From: Guillardia theta CCMP2712
Lineage: Eukaryota; Protista; Cryptophyta
Length of the DNA: 64,000 nt
Assembly: GCF_000315625.1 (NCBI RefSeq)
Contig: NW_005434660.1
Coordinates: forward strand, 358,711 to 422,710
Direction: 5' to 3'
How positions within the stretch are numbered: position 1 is the first letter of the stretch; the number at the start of each line of letters is the position of its first letter. The notes under the pieces are model-generated. The model saw only the letters and a list, made by a program, of their open reading frames with translations, did not search any database and had not been told where the DNA came from. The position numbers and the translations under genes are program-made. Below are positions 49,251 through 62,097 of the stretch, piece by piece.

Positions 49251-51034
49251 ATGTTTGCGATTTTCGTTCTCGTCATGGTGTGGAGCCCATCGGAAAAGGC
49301 CAGCCAACCTCGTGTCATGCTGGTGCAGCCCAAACAAGCCCAGTTCGTGCAAACCCACCATAACCCTCCTGCTCATGTTCCTGCTTCCAACGTGTTCTCC
49401 CATCCCGCGGCGGGTAGTGATGCCTGAGGGCTCGTGAGCGGCAGAAAGTGAATGAGAGTGTCAGGTTCGAACTCGGCGGAGGAGAAGATGGTGCACAATG
49501 CCGAGAACAGGCTCGAAAACCTTGAAGAGAACTTCAAGAGGAACGCAGAACAGGAAGGTTATCCACAGGACTACTCCTCGCAGGTATTTCCATAATCTGT
49601 CGAGTTCAAACCTCCTCCGCTCCCAACTCCCTTAACTTCACTTCCTACTCTTCTGTCCTCTCGGCCCTCATGATGCTGTTCTGATTGGTTGCTGCGCTTC
49701 AAGGGTCTCGGCGAGCAAGCTCAACAAGCAGACAGTCAGTCCGACGTTGTGGACGACGGCGCTGCGGTCCAAAGGCCCGTCGAGTCGGAGGAGGACATCA
49801 AGGCTCGTCTGGAGAAGAAGCAGTTGATGGCTGAGGGGATGACGGAGGATGAAGCCGAGGCGAAGATCCACCTGGAGAAGCTGAAGGAGCAGGAGAGAGT
49901 CGAGCAAGCGAAGATGGCGGAAGCAGATTCCGACCTGAGGAAGGAGGACGCACAACAGCAGGTCAGTTGTGAGAGAGGAGGACTGAAGGTATCCTGACCC
50001 TGAGAGTTGTAGAGTTTTACCGCCATGAACGATCGAGAGGCACCTGGGCAGTCAGCCGACGGACAGCGATCAGATGGACAGCGATCAGACGGACAGCATG
50101 CAGCGACGGACAGGCTGGAGGGCTTGCAGAAGCAGAGCTCAGGCAAGACGGAGGAGGAGATGCATGCGGAGAGCCATCTCAAGAAGATGGAGGAAGGAGA
50201 GGAGCGCAAGTCGAGGGCATCGCAGAGCATGTCGCATCAGGACGAGGATCGTCAAGACGAGGCTGAGCAGGAAGCTCCTCGGCCACTTCGCAAGGAGGTC
50301 AGTCGGCAAGAGGTTGCTGGACAAGAAGTTGCTCGCAAAGAAGCGCTAGACGCTCCCCGGAAGGAAGCCTCTAGGCCAGAGGAGGCGCAACAGCTTGCCC
50401 CTCGGCATCTCCGCAAAGAAGTTTCAAGGCAAGAAGAGGCAGGCAAGGAGGTTGGCAGACAAGAAGTCTCCGCGTCTTCGGCATCCCTGAACAAGAAAGA
50501 ATCGGACGAGCCCCATGCCAAACTGCTGGAGGTGAGAGAAACTATGTCGCTTCGCTCTCTGATCTTGGTCGTTCAACCAGCGGTCAAGCGTGTTGCACAG
50601 ACACTCGGAGGAGGGAGGCAAGTCACATGACAGTGCCAAGTCCTTCGAAGAGAAGTTCTCTTCGGTGAGGGCAATCAAGGTCGTGGAGGCGCAACTGAAC
50701 CTCTTCCCTCAGATTCAAAGCAGCATCGAGAAGAGCAAGTCGGCAGATGAGAAACTTGTTGAGCGACAGGCAGCCCACGAGCAGCCCAAGGAGAAGAGCT
50801 CGGAGCAAGACAAGGTTACGATTCTCCCACGGAAGGTGATAGAGAAGGACGAGGATGAAGGGGTGGGAGCGGAGAAAGGGAGGGGCACAGGGGGGTGAGG
50901 AGCAGCTTGTGAAGGGAGGGAGGGAGGGAGGGAGGGAGGGAGAGGGAGGAGAAGAGGTAAGAAGGAAGAGGGGCTGAAGTCTTCTTCAGGAGAAGTTCAA
51001 GCACCTTGACGACTCTGAGATGGAGAACAAATAA
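49251..51034 (+). CDS. Hypothetical charged protein with an N-terminal hydrophobic segment and internal APR.LRKEVSRQE repeats; start uncertain
   Basis: Exons are joinable by short introns. The final exon reads EKFKHLDDSEMENK*. Confidence 0.55.
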
Positions 51035-51392
51035 AGGAAATTTTGAAATGGTCGACAACAGAGATAGCTGCAAGCAGAAGTTTCAGAAAGATGGAAAACT
51101 AGTCTTGTCAGACTCTCGTGGTTGCGCTCCTCACTTCCTGAGAGCTTGTCGTTGCCTTCACTTGGAATGATTTTCTGCAATTTAACGATTGATCGAATAC
51201 ACAACATTGATTCTTGAAGACTTCAAACCCCTAGTCCTTGTTGAATCCTTGCCTCTTCTCCTGACCCTCGTTCTGTTGTTGAATACTTTACATTTTGTAA
51301 TCATGAATATATACAATCGGTCCCCGCTACAACCTCGCTCTGCTCTTTCACTCCCTTCCCTCTCCCACCTCTCGCCTCGCTCCTCTGCTCTG

Positions 51393-53460
51393 CTACATCC
51401 AATCTGTATGATCCCCCGACTCCTCTGCGAGTTGAGCAAGCAGAACCCGATCAGCCTCCTCCCCTGTCCGAGACATGGTGTACGAGAAGCTGTAGGGCGC
51501 CTGACCATAACCATCATCCTCCTCGCCCCTCCTCTCTCCTCCAGCACGGGGCGCCCTCTCTCTCTCACCTCCCAAGCGTCGGCGAACACCTGGAGGACAC
51601 GTGTCAACTTTGCGTTGACACATGTCACTGCCTCAAACACGGACACAAGAAAATGTCGACAAGACGAGCATGCATTCTCTCTTTCGTCTCTTTACCTGCC
51701 CTGATTGCTCCATCCTCTTGTCGTTGAACTGCAACTTCCTGGAATGAAAACATACCCTGTTCTCCATCAGTCATCCTCCAACCCCTCTTCATCTCCCTCT
51801 TTCCTCGTCTCCTTCCTTCCTCCTTCCTCTCCTCCCGCCCACTGCTCACATATCTTCTCGCCGAATGAAGTAGGCCAGGAAGCAGAACTCGTTCGTCTCC
51901 TCGTCAACGCTCGGGATGAATCGCACTATCTGACTCGCGTCTACAACTTCATCAGCCAGCGCACAGGTTGTCAACTTGTCGCTTCACCGCACAACGAGGG
52001 CCCAAAGTCATCCTGAGTCGAAGCGCGCAGCAGCTTCTTCCAAGGGGTGCGGAACGCTCCCAACACCTGCAGCACCGACGGCTCATCCAGGGGGATCGGA
52101 CAAGACAGCTCCCGCGTCCTCACGTGCGGCAGTCGGATCCTTGCATGCACGTGCGCGACAGGGAGGTGCGTGTGATGATCCAGCTCGATGGTCAGGTGGA
52201 CTTCGGCGTGCAGCATGACCATCCTCCCAAGGGCGCTTGTCAAGTTGTCTGGCTCACCACCATCACCATCAACGATCAATGCGGGTCAGCCTGCCCCACC
52301 TAAAGTGCTTCCCGTGTACTTGGCCATCTTCTCCAGCACCGAAGAGCTGCTGTCTGAGCTCTCGAGCACCGGCACCAGCCGCGTCAGAAGCCCCGTGTGA
52401 CTTCAGCATCATCCCAGTCAGCACGTCAAAGAGCCTCGCTCCCCCTCCCTTCCTCCCTCAACCCTCTCATCCCTTACTTTCTGCCTGCCTTCCTCCCACC
52501 CCCATATCACTCGTTCCACCCCTCCCACTCCTTGCCTTGCTATCCTTTCCCAAACCCCTCTCCCCCCTCCCCTTCTCTTCCACTCACCGACCAACCCTCT
52601 CTCCCTCCCTTCCTCTCTCATCCCTTACCCACCTATCCCTCCTTCTTCCCTCCGTCCCTCCCTCTTCTACCTCTTCACAAGGAATCTCATCGCCCTGTCA
52701 ATGTGCCAAGGTGTCGATCTTGACAGCTCGCTGTCGAAGTGCAAGACTCCGCGAAGGCTCGTCAAGTCCCTTGAGTGCCAGTCCTCAGCCTCAATCACAG
52801 CCGAGCTCCCCTCTACCCACACCACCATCTTCCCATCCCTTCCGTCCTGCCACATCTTGAGCGTACAGGCTCTGTGGACTATGCTGTTGGGGGAGAAGAA
52901 TCGCATCTTCACTCCCATTTCTACTGCCTTCTTGCTCCTCCGTCTCCCATTCGCGTGCCTCGACAGCTCGTGCAGCTTGTGTCTGTCCCTCTCGTCGATG
53001 AAGTGCAGGAGACACTGTCCTCGCTGAGATCTCAAGTCAGGCGTCCATCTCTCTCCTCCCTCTCCCCCCCCCTCACCACTTGTCCGAACATCAGACCGCT
53101 ATCAAAGTCCGCCTGCATCTTGCAACTCACGTCCACGACCCTCCAGCCAGGCATCTCTACAACCACCAGTCTCTCTGATCGACTACTCAGCATCCCCTCC
53201 CTCAGCAGCCCTGCGGGTATCCGGAATGCACGAACCCCCCTAGTGCTCTCCTGCGCTGATTTCAATGCCTCCCTTAGGTCCTCAAGGAGGTGCAAGTTGC
53301 TCCGTTTTGACTTCAAAACTCCGTTGAGGGCGCGATCGTTGCGCTCTCTGAAGGGAACCAGCATGTCCAGGGCATGCAACAGCTCCTTTGTCTGGGCCCG
53401 CTCAACAGTCTTGAGCTGTTTCTGTCGTTGCCTCTTGACGTTCTCATCCTTGAACGGCAT
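51393..53460 (-). CDS. Divergent bHLH-like plus PAS-like protein, multi-exon
   Basis: Basic-helix KTVERAQTKELLHALDMLVP...KRSNLHLLEDLREAL. PAS-like LVVVEMPGWRVVDVS...GQCLLHFIDERDRHKL. Confidence 0.55.
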
Positions 53461-54069
53461 CCTCCTACAAGGAGTTGTCGAGGCGATGGAGGCAGTGGGA
53501 GGCTCTGGGTCGAAACTTCAATCTATCACCTGCATGTGCTGGCAATGCCGAGACAGGAGTTGAGCAAAGTGTCAGGGAAGCAGGTCTGTGCGGATGTAGA
53601 AGAAGATGATGAAGCAACAAAAGAGAGGGAAAGGAAAGGTTGGGAGGAAGGAGAGTGTCGGAGGGAGCGTGGACGAAGGAGGCAGGAGGGCAGCAAGCAG
53701 TGGGGCCTCCAACTAGAGGGAGGGCAAGGGGAGGGAGGGGGAAGAAGTTGGGGAAGGATTTTTAGTTGAAGGGACTCAGCCGGGCCACTGCTGAGTTACT
53801 TGGCCGGCCCCGGGCCCCGGGCCCCGGGCCCGGCCCGAGTTGTGTACTCCGTTATTAATGTAACCGCTTCTGGTCATTTCCGGGAATTGAGGAAAATTCA
53901 ATGGAGAACAGCTTGGTACCCCACCAATGATATTGTACTTTATGGTAGTCATGACTACCGGTCATCAGCGATTCTGTACAGGTTTTTTTGCACTGTCCAC
54001 GGCCCGATAGAGTAGACGACATTCCCCATGGCGGTGGTCATTGAAGGCTCGTGAAAACAAGCTGAGCGA

Positions 54070-54072
54070 AAG

Positions 54073-54119
<47 letters not shown>

Positions 54120-54195
54120 GGAGAGAGAGAGAGAGAGAGAGAGGGAGGGAGAGAGAGGGAGAGAGAGGGAAAGAGAGAGAGGAGGAGGAGGAGTG
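54070..54195. repeat. (GA)n microsatellite
   Basis: Purine dinucleotide run. Confidence 0.95.
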
Positions 54196-54654
54196 AAGGT
54201 AGATCTCATCGACCATGATGGTTGTGAACGAGATCAGGACAGCATGCGACATGTCGCCCTGCCCCGCTGCTGAGATGGAAGGAGCTCGAAGTGCTCCGTC
54301 CGGCCTGTGAGCAATCGGGGGAAGTTGCACAGCAACATGCAGGTTTGCCATGGCTGATGGCTGCCGAAATGTCTGGCGCAGACATTTACAAAGGATCCTG
54401 TGCAAAGTTAGCAGGTAGAAGAAGAGCTGAGTGAAAGAACGCTCTTCGGATTGCTTCAAAGGAGCTGAAAGTTTTCGTTGGCCAATGAGCTGTGTTATCA
54501 ATCAAAGCCTCGATGGAGGCAAAGTCTGCCTGGGACCAGGTTGAAGAAATTCTTCTGACACCTAGCAAGCATGTCTGACAGTGCGTAGGATACCTTTGCT
54601 CGGGGGGGACTTTCGTCGAGGTGACTCGTGGATAGGGAGAGAATCTCATCTGAT

Positions 54655-57600
54655 ATGGAAGCAGGGTCCCGGGTCCAAACCCGTCTGTAAGTATGACGCA
54701 AGGTGATCGGTTCCCTTGCTTTGCTCTCGCACTGAATCTTGTGCTTGCCTTGTGTTTGCGTGTTTTCTACTTTCACTCCAGCCCCGCAAGCTTCATTCTT
54801 TTCATGTTTTTGATCTCCATCATCATTATCTTCGAAAAGATCAAGGTTATTGTTGCTCCACGAGGTGCTGGAGAGAAGTTTGTGACTGTCGAGTGCAGAA
54901 CATGATCCATCACGCTGTTCCAAAGGCGTACATGCCTGTTATTCATGCCATCTTTGCGGAGCTGTCGACCTTGGGCTTCGTCTCCCTCATCGCCTTCCTG
55001 CTCAACTTCTCCATCAGCAGCGAGGTGAGCGGGGCGGGTCGTTGCTATGGGCTATGACGAGTTTGTTGGGATGCAGAAGTCTCTCATGGACAAGGTCGGG
55101 TACTCCATCAGCCTCGGCCATGAGCTGCACAACATGTTCGAGCACATGCACTGGCTGCTCTTCGGCGTTACAGCCACCTTCCTGTGCCTTTCGCTCTTCC
55201 TCCTCCGGGTGAACCTCTCCCAGCTGAGGCGGTACGAGAGCTGGTCGGATCAGATCGAGGAGGGGGTCGACGTGCTGCACCTCTCGCCCAATGTCGGGCA
55301 GCACGAGCCGAGGCTTGGGTGGATGCGTTGGACGAGCAGGAGAGACGAGATGGAGGTGTTCCTGCGGGTGTTCTCGAGGTTTGTGGACGTGGAGGCAGTG
55401 CTGTCCAACAGCGAGGTCGAGATCCCCAAGGACTTCAACCTCGGGCTCTACTTGATGAAGCGAAGCTCCGCTATTATATCCGCTATCATTCAGATCTCCC
55501 CCCTCGACTGGCTCGTCCTCCTCCTCCTCTCCTTCGTCGCGTGGATCGCCTGGTATGTCAATGCCGGCGAGAGCACAACGGATGGAGGATACGTGTGCTT
55601 CTGGATCTACGATATCCTCCTCCTCCTCCTCGCCCTCGCTGTCGATTACAAGCTCCACACCATCATGCTCGCCCTGGTGCCTGTGGATCCGAACAATGAA
55701 GGGAGAGGAAAAGATGGAATGGCCGCAAAGAGGCAGAATGGGTGTGGTGGGCAGGAATTTAGGGATCAAAATGGGGAGAGGAAAGAGGAGGAGCAGAGCA
55801 AGGAGACGAGACGAGACGGGGAGAGTGCAGCAGACAAGCTTGAGGTCTCGTCCTCAACGCAGGAGATCTCTCTCTTTACCTCTCAATTTGACGGAGCGCT
55901 GATGAAATCTCATCGAGCGGTGGAGGTTCAGAACCAGGACGTGCAAGGCTGTGCAGCTCGAGCGGAAGGGCAAGAGGGAAGGGAAGGGAATGGGGAGGTG
56001 AACAAAGATGCAGCTGTCCAAGGAAACGGAGCCCAAAGTTCTGAGATGGTTGAGAAGAAGGGTGAGATCACCGAATGTGATCTAGACGATGAGATTCAGA
56101 TCGCCATCGAAGTCACAGGACAAGTGAGTTTTTGCCTCCACCCATATCGTTGTTGTGATGTTCTTTTGCTCGTTTGTCTCTAGTTTTGTGATCATGTTGT
56201 GCGAATGTCATTCCCTTCTCTCTTGTGAGCCATTGCTTCTTACAGATCGTTTCTCTCTATCTCCATTCTCCCCTCCTTCCCTTCCTCCCTCCCTCCTTGT
56301 TTCCATCTCGTGGCATTTAACTTCCAACCTTCAGTCGTTCGGTACAGATCCAACTCCATCGCCTCCTCCCCCGGCAACAAGAAAACTCTCTTCAGGCCCT
56401 TTGTCAAGGCACCTTCCAGCTTCCTTCTCGATGTCAGCCCTTCCCTCATCTCCGGTGTCAGCAGGACAATCAAGGTCAGTCTCAAAACTCACTGATCATT
56501 TCCAGTCAAAATTCGTTGCTCCCTCTCTCTTCTACGGCCTTTGCCCTGAACCCATCAATTCCTCTCTCTCCTTCCCTCCCTTCCCGCCCTTCTCCTCAAT
56601 TTCCTTTGCATGCCATGCCCTCCCGTGCCCTGCCCTACCCCGCCCTCGAGTCCGGATTCTTTACTTTCATATTCCTCCCTCTATCGCTGACGGATGGAGC
56701 AGCGAGGGAACAAAGCTTGCCTCCTCCAACCGGCTGCTGAGCTTCAGCCTCCGCCACGTCTTGTCGAACCCGGACGATGACAAAGTTATCTTCGACGAGG
56801 AGTTCAGCCACCGGCAGCACGCCAGGTCCCCGGGCCCGGAGCATAGCAGAGGCTGGAGCACTGACAGCGTCCTGCAGATTTGTTCCGAGGTACTTGTTGC
56901 AGGCAGATAGCAACAGTCTCAAGGAGAGGAGCGAATGGAGGAGGAGGATAGGAGGCAGGGTGATCAATCACCACCAAGAGCTCTTCTGGTTCGACAAGAA
57001 CGGTCCTGGCTTCCTCCTCCGCATCATCCGTCACCTCCTCCTCGCCTCGGTCGTCATGATTGCTCTCTCCCTCGAGCTCTTCCGAGAGAAAACTCTCTGC
57101 CTCCATCTCTCCAGGTCCTCGGAGCGACGGGCGTCAGGGTCCTATCAGACTTGCCCGACGACAGTGACGGGGGTAACGCAGCTCAGCTTGAACTCGCTTG
57201 CCTCCCTCACCTTCCTCTCAGGTCTTCCTCCTCATCCTCTCCCTCCTCCCTCCGGTCTTCACGACTCTCCTCCTCACCAACATCATCCGCAACTTTGTGA
57301 CAGCTACTTCCGTGGAGTATCTCAAGGTAAACCTTCGCTCGCCCTCGCTCGCTCGCTCGCTCACCATGGCTTTACAAGTCTCGGGAGTGCATCGTGGACG
57401 TGATTCATGAGCAGCAGCACCGGTGCGGCATGCTCGTGCTTGTTGCTGTCGCTGAGAGCTGTCGGGCAGGAGAACTCTCCGACTGTTTCGCCTCCTTATC
57501 TCCATCGCCTCTGTCATCGATCAAGTTCGTCTTGCGAGGCCTCGTGTTGCTCCGGTGAGATGCCGTGCAGATCAAGGAACTCAAGCTGCTGTCCACTGGT

Positions 57601-60137
57601 GCAGAGGAGGAGAATGTGAGGCCGGCAAGCAAAGAAGGCGAAAGGAGGTGAAAGACGATATGAGGAGGAGGAGGAGGAGGAGGAGGAGAAAGAGGACGTG
57701 ATGGTGATGGTGATGGTGATGGTGGTGGTGAAAAGGGGCAGAAGGGGGAGATAGTGATGAAGGAGGAAGAGGAGAAGGAGTCTGTGGCTGTCATTTTTTA
57801 ACGCTTGAGGGAGGAGAGGGGTGTTTCGACACTCATCTATTTATTCTTCCAGATCTTTGGACTTTGAAAGGATGCGCAAGAAGGTAGCGAGTCTACTATT
57901 TCTTGTCTCTGTTGTATCGAATCACTGCCTTCCTCCTTGTATTCACTCGCTGCCTACCCTCTCAGTCTACCGAGAAGACCATCGGAGGTCGGAGAAGTCT
58001 TGACGGTGCACGGAACGAGAAGAGAAATCTCGACTTTGTTCTCGGAACATCGAGACCTTCTAGCCGAACAAGAGGGTGTGTTGAAGAGATATTCGTGATG
58101 ATGAAGTTCATGATGGTGGTTGGAATGGTGGAGGTGGTGGTGGTGGTGGTTGTGGGTGGAGGTGGTGGCGATGATGATGATGATGATTGCAGCAACATCG
58201 ACAAGGACCAAGATGCTAGAAATTCATTTGAGATGGAAACGTTCCAGGAAAGCAAGTAAGTCTTAAAGTGAACAAAACGATCATCATCCCCGCAGCTGCA
58301 CGAAATGGTTCGTTCCACTGAGAGGGTGTGAGCGCAGAGCAAGAAACTCTCTGGATTCCAAGCGACCGACTGAAAGGTTAGGAACAAAAATATGGGGCAA
58401 GAATTGTCAGCATGGTGCATGCACGTGATGCTCTAAGATCACATTTCTTCGCACATCTCTGCTACTTGAAAGATCATTGTCATCGTACTTTTGTTCGCCT
58501 ATCACTTATGTTCATGATCATTTTTCTCGTAATCATCGTTGCAACTCTTCTGGGTGAAGTTGATCGCAGAGCAAGAAACTCTCTGGATTCCAAGCGACCG
58601 ACTGAAAGGTAGGAACAAGAACGACCTCGACTTGTTCTTGTCAACGAACTGGCAGCTGCTCTGACATTGCTACCGCCTCTCACCCTGAACTCTGCTCGTA
58701 GATCGCGCTTTAGCTTCGAGACGCTTGTCAGGAGAAGTCTGGATGTGGCAAGAGGTCAGAGGCGTGTTCCCCTTGAGCCCTCTGGTTGACTTGCGACATG
58801 ACAGGGAGCTTGGAGAGGAATCCGAGGAGGAGCAACAAGATCCCAGGTGACCTTGTCAAGAAATGGACTAGAGCTTCTACTCACAGCCCTGTCAGAGCAT
58901 GTCCTGAAGCACTTGAAGGAGATCTTCGACGAGGCAGATCGAGACGGTGAGGAGCTCGGGTATTTTCAACCTTGATCCTCCCACTCAGGGTCCGGTCAAC
59001 TTGATCTCGAAGAATTTCGCCTCCTCCTCCAGGTTGAGATGCAGTGGGCCGGAAACTTCCGATGACGAGCCTTGTAGGCCATTGGAGCGTACGAAGACGA
59101 GGAGCAGGTGGAACCTCTAAGTTTGTTGCAACATCTGCAGCTGCCCTCAACCCCCCGCGTGACTTGTTCTTGTTCACCTGTCAGACGATGAGGCTCTTCG
59201 AGATGATCGACATGCGGGGAGATGGCAAGATCTCCTTCCAGGAGTTCTCAGAGGTGATGTTGACCCTGAATGCTTCCTTGTTGCTGAAGTCCGTCCTGGA
59301 TGTTGCAGGTCATGGCGAAGAGGAGCATGAGATCTACTCCGGATGAGATCGCAAACAAAATGTGATCGACTCCTCTTCACATGATTGTTTCTCGTAGATT
59401 AGCATCTGTAGTCCCGCATCACGTCTCCTCCTCTGCTCTTGTCCTCCCCTCTATCATCTTCCCTTCCTCTTTCCTTATTCCTGTCATCGTCTCACCCCTC
59501 TCCTCTCCTCTCCTCTCCTCTCCTCTCCTCTCCTCTCCTCTCCTCTCCTCTCCTCTCCTCTCCTCTCCTCTCCTCTCCTCTCCTCTCCACTTCTCCTCTC
59601 TCCCCCCTCGCTCTTCTCCTCTCTCTTCTATGCAACTTCTCTGGTTCACTTGCGAGCAGCTGGACAGTCTTTGATCCCAGCGGGAAGGGGAAGGTGACGC
59701 CAGAGACAGCAGTGGAGGTGAGAGGCGGACGAGGACGAGGAGCGGGGAGGAGCGAGGAGGAGCAGCATCTGCAAAGGAGGGGGCCATGGGGTGTAGGAGG
59801 GGCAATGAGTTTCTTTCTAGGCTCTCCTCAAGATCAAGCCTCAATTCGATGTGACCCAGGTGAGCACCGGGAGGAAGAGAACGAGGAGAGGGAAGGGGAA
59901 AGTTGGGGAAGGGGGGGGTGAGAAGGTGGTGAAGTGGGGGAGGGAGGAGGGGGATAAGAGAAAATGCAGGTCTTCTACCTACTGTGGACCATCGACATTC
60001 AACGTTAGCCGCATGCTCGCATGCTGTGAGGGACCACTGACGTGACAGCAGGGAAGCACCACGTGACCAAGATGGAGTTCGTGCTGTTCGTCAAGAGACT
60101 GTTTGAGGAGCGATCGTTCGCATTTCAATTCACTTAG
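54655..60137 (+). CDS. MLO-like 7-TM protein with C-terminal EF-hands, many exons
   Basis: IIIFEK; AELSTLGFVSLIAF (MLO ELMLLGFISL); FEHMHWLLF; DFNLGLYL..IIQISPLDW; ELFWF..PGFLLRII. EF-like segments FDEADRDGSGQLDLEEF, FEMIDMRGDGKISFQEF and FDPSGKGKVT. Confidence 0.75.
59498..59588. repeat. (CTCCT)n microsatellite, intronic
   Basis: Tandem pentamers. Confidence 0.95.
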
Positions 60138-60199
60138 AGAGGGTAAAGCAACAACAAGAGGAAACAAAGAGAGGGTAAAGCAACAACAAGAGGAAACAA
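60136..60199. repeat. Tandem duplication of ~32 bp between convergent gene ends
   Basis: agagagggtaaagcaacaacaagaggaaaca(a) occurs twice. Confidence 0.85.
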
Positions 60200-60225
60200 C
60201 AGCACAAGGAGGGAGACTAGACATG

Positions 60226-60813
60226 TCATGTTATACACAGCGAGTCCATGGAGCTCGATAGCTCCGCATTCAACCTTGGGCTGGGTTGATCTTCGCATAC
60301 CATCTCCTGCTGCAGCATATCGCCGATGCACCTGTTGTAATCTTTCCTCGGTCTCTTCTGTATCACTTGATGAATCTCTGCTTCGCCCTCGTTGTCGATC
60401 GACGAGCTCAACAGCGTCTTCCGTCGTGGTTTGCTTGCAGCAAAGCTGTCCATGCTCTGGCTGAAGCGGGACGATTGTCGGAACTGATGCAGGCGGCGGC
60501 GAGCCTGGAGCTCGTTCTCGATGCAAGCGATATTCTCATCGGCATCCTCGGATGCTCTACCAGACGCAGAAATCTGCTCCTCTGTCATGGACACTGCATG
60601 GCCCAGACACAATTCTTTGAGATCTTTTGCTGAGTTCGCGCCAACCTTGGCGACATGCCTGAGGAAGAAGTTTTGATCCGTCCTGCCGTCACCCTTGCTA
60701 GCTGTCTTGGGCTTTGCCTCCGTAAACTCGACCGAAGACTCGACCACCTGGATGATCAAAGATTTCCTTAGCCGATCAAACTGTTCGGCTGTACTCTCTG
60801 TTCGGGAGCTCAT
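60226..60813 (-). CDS. Hypothetical intronless protein (195 aa)
   Basis: ATG-initiated ORF with plausible composition. No motif recognised. Confidence 0.55.
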   Translation of the reverse strand: MSSRTESTAEQFDRLRKSLIIQVVESSVEFTEAKPKTASKGDGRTDQNFFLRHVAKVGANSAKDLKELCLGHAVSMTEEQISASGRASEDADENIACIENELQARRRLHQFRQSSRFSQSMDSFAASKPRRKTLLSSSIDNEGEAEIHQVIQKRPRKDYNRCIGDMLQQEMVCEDQPSPRLNAELSSSMDSLCIT

Positions 60814-62097
60814 ATGATCGATCGCAGATGGTGGCTCGAATGTTCTATGAAACCTCGGTCACGTCTGATCGTCTTTCAAGTGCAACAAAATTGACTGAGG
60901 GCTGAAGCTTCACAAATGCGTCGATCGACTAGCAGGATAGCCGACGGGAAAGCAAGGCTGTTGTGGGGGGGGGGGGGGGGGGGAAGGACGAGTGTAAGAG
61001 AGGTCTGTGTTGAACTGATGGTAGGAAGCAGGAAGCTGTTGCTCTTGTAGATGCAGAATGTAAAAATGTGATAAGATGTCAGGACCTGAAGTCTCAGGAA
61101 GTAACAAGGACGCGACGAGGAGGAACGGGCGGTGAAAGGTTTCGCGTGCCAGCCATTTCGCACAAGCTCGATAAATAGATTCGAGGAGGGGTAGTTCTTC
61201 CAGGGGAGACATAGGGTGGGTAGTGGTGGGTAGGTGGAGCTGTCATAACATGATGTCCCCAATTGGGTGGGTCATCAGGTTCTTGGTGGGTTCTGATCCT
61301 TAATCGTCTATTAGGGGGGGTAGGGCAGTAGAATCATTCAGAGGGGGTGGTGAATTATCATTAGAACAATGGTCAATGGTACCCCTGAAAATTCGTACAA
61401 GTTGTTTTTCTTTGCAAAAGAAGGGTGGTCGATTCAAAGCACGAAATCACAGGGGTAGGGTTACAACTACAGAGGGTGGTCCGAGGCAGGGTGGTCAAAG
61501 CCAGGCACAGGGAATTGTCTCTAGAGGGCTCAGAGTACCCCTACCCAAACGTCGGTTCGATGATTCGTGGCCCAGAGGTGAGGGGCAGGGAGAGGTGAAA
61601 TGCACTAGTGCTGCAATTAGATCAATTGCAAGATTGGACCGAAAGAGAAACCCAAAGAAAGGATCCTTTCTTGGGGTAGGGTGGTCTTGAGTTTGATGAC
61701 ATGAGGGGTGGAGAGAATCACAGAGATTCACAGATTATTATTACTGCATAAGAAGTTTTAGAGACGAAAACCTCTCTTTTGAACTGAGTTACAGGTATCT
61801 CGAGATCGGGAAGCCTCGCCTGCGACCCTTCGTTTAATAAAATAGAAATGGCTAATCTAATAAAACAAATTGAATTACCTCACCGAAGTATCGAGCTACA
61901 CTCTACTAGGCCCTAGGCTCAGCGCTATGATGCCGCATGACCGGACACTGAGTCACCCGATGGGCCGGTGAAGCCGCCGGCGGCGATTCCGGCAATCAGA
62001 CAGTGGTCAAGTTTAAGGACAGCCATGATTCATTCTCAGCACTGTTAGTCCGAATATTACAAAGACTGAACAACCGTAGCAGCGACGGTGACGGGAC

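Noticed and set aside
54498-54923. 141-aa minus-strand ORF
   Set aside because: It is antisense to the first exons of the better-supported MLO-like gene.
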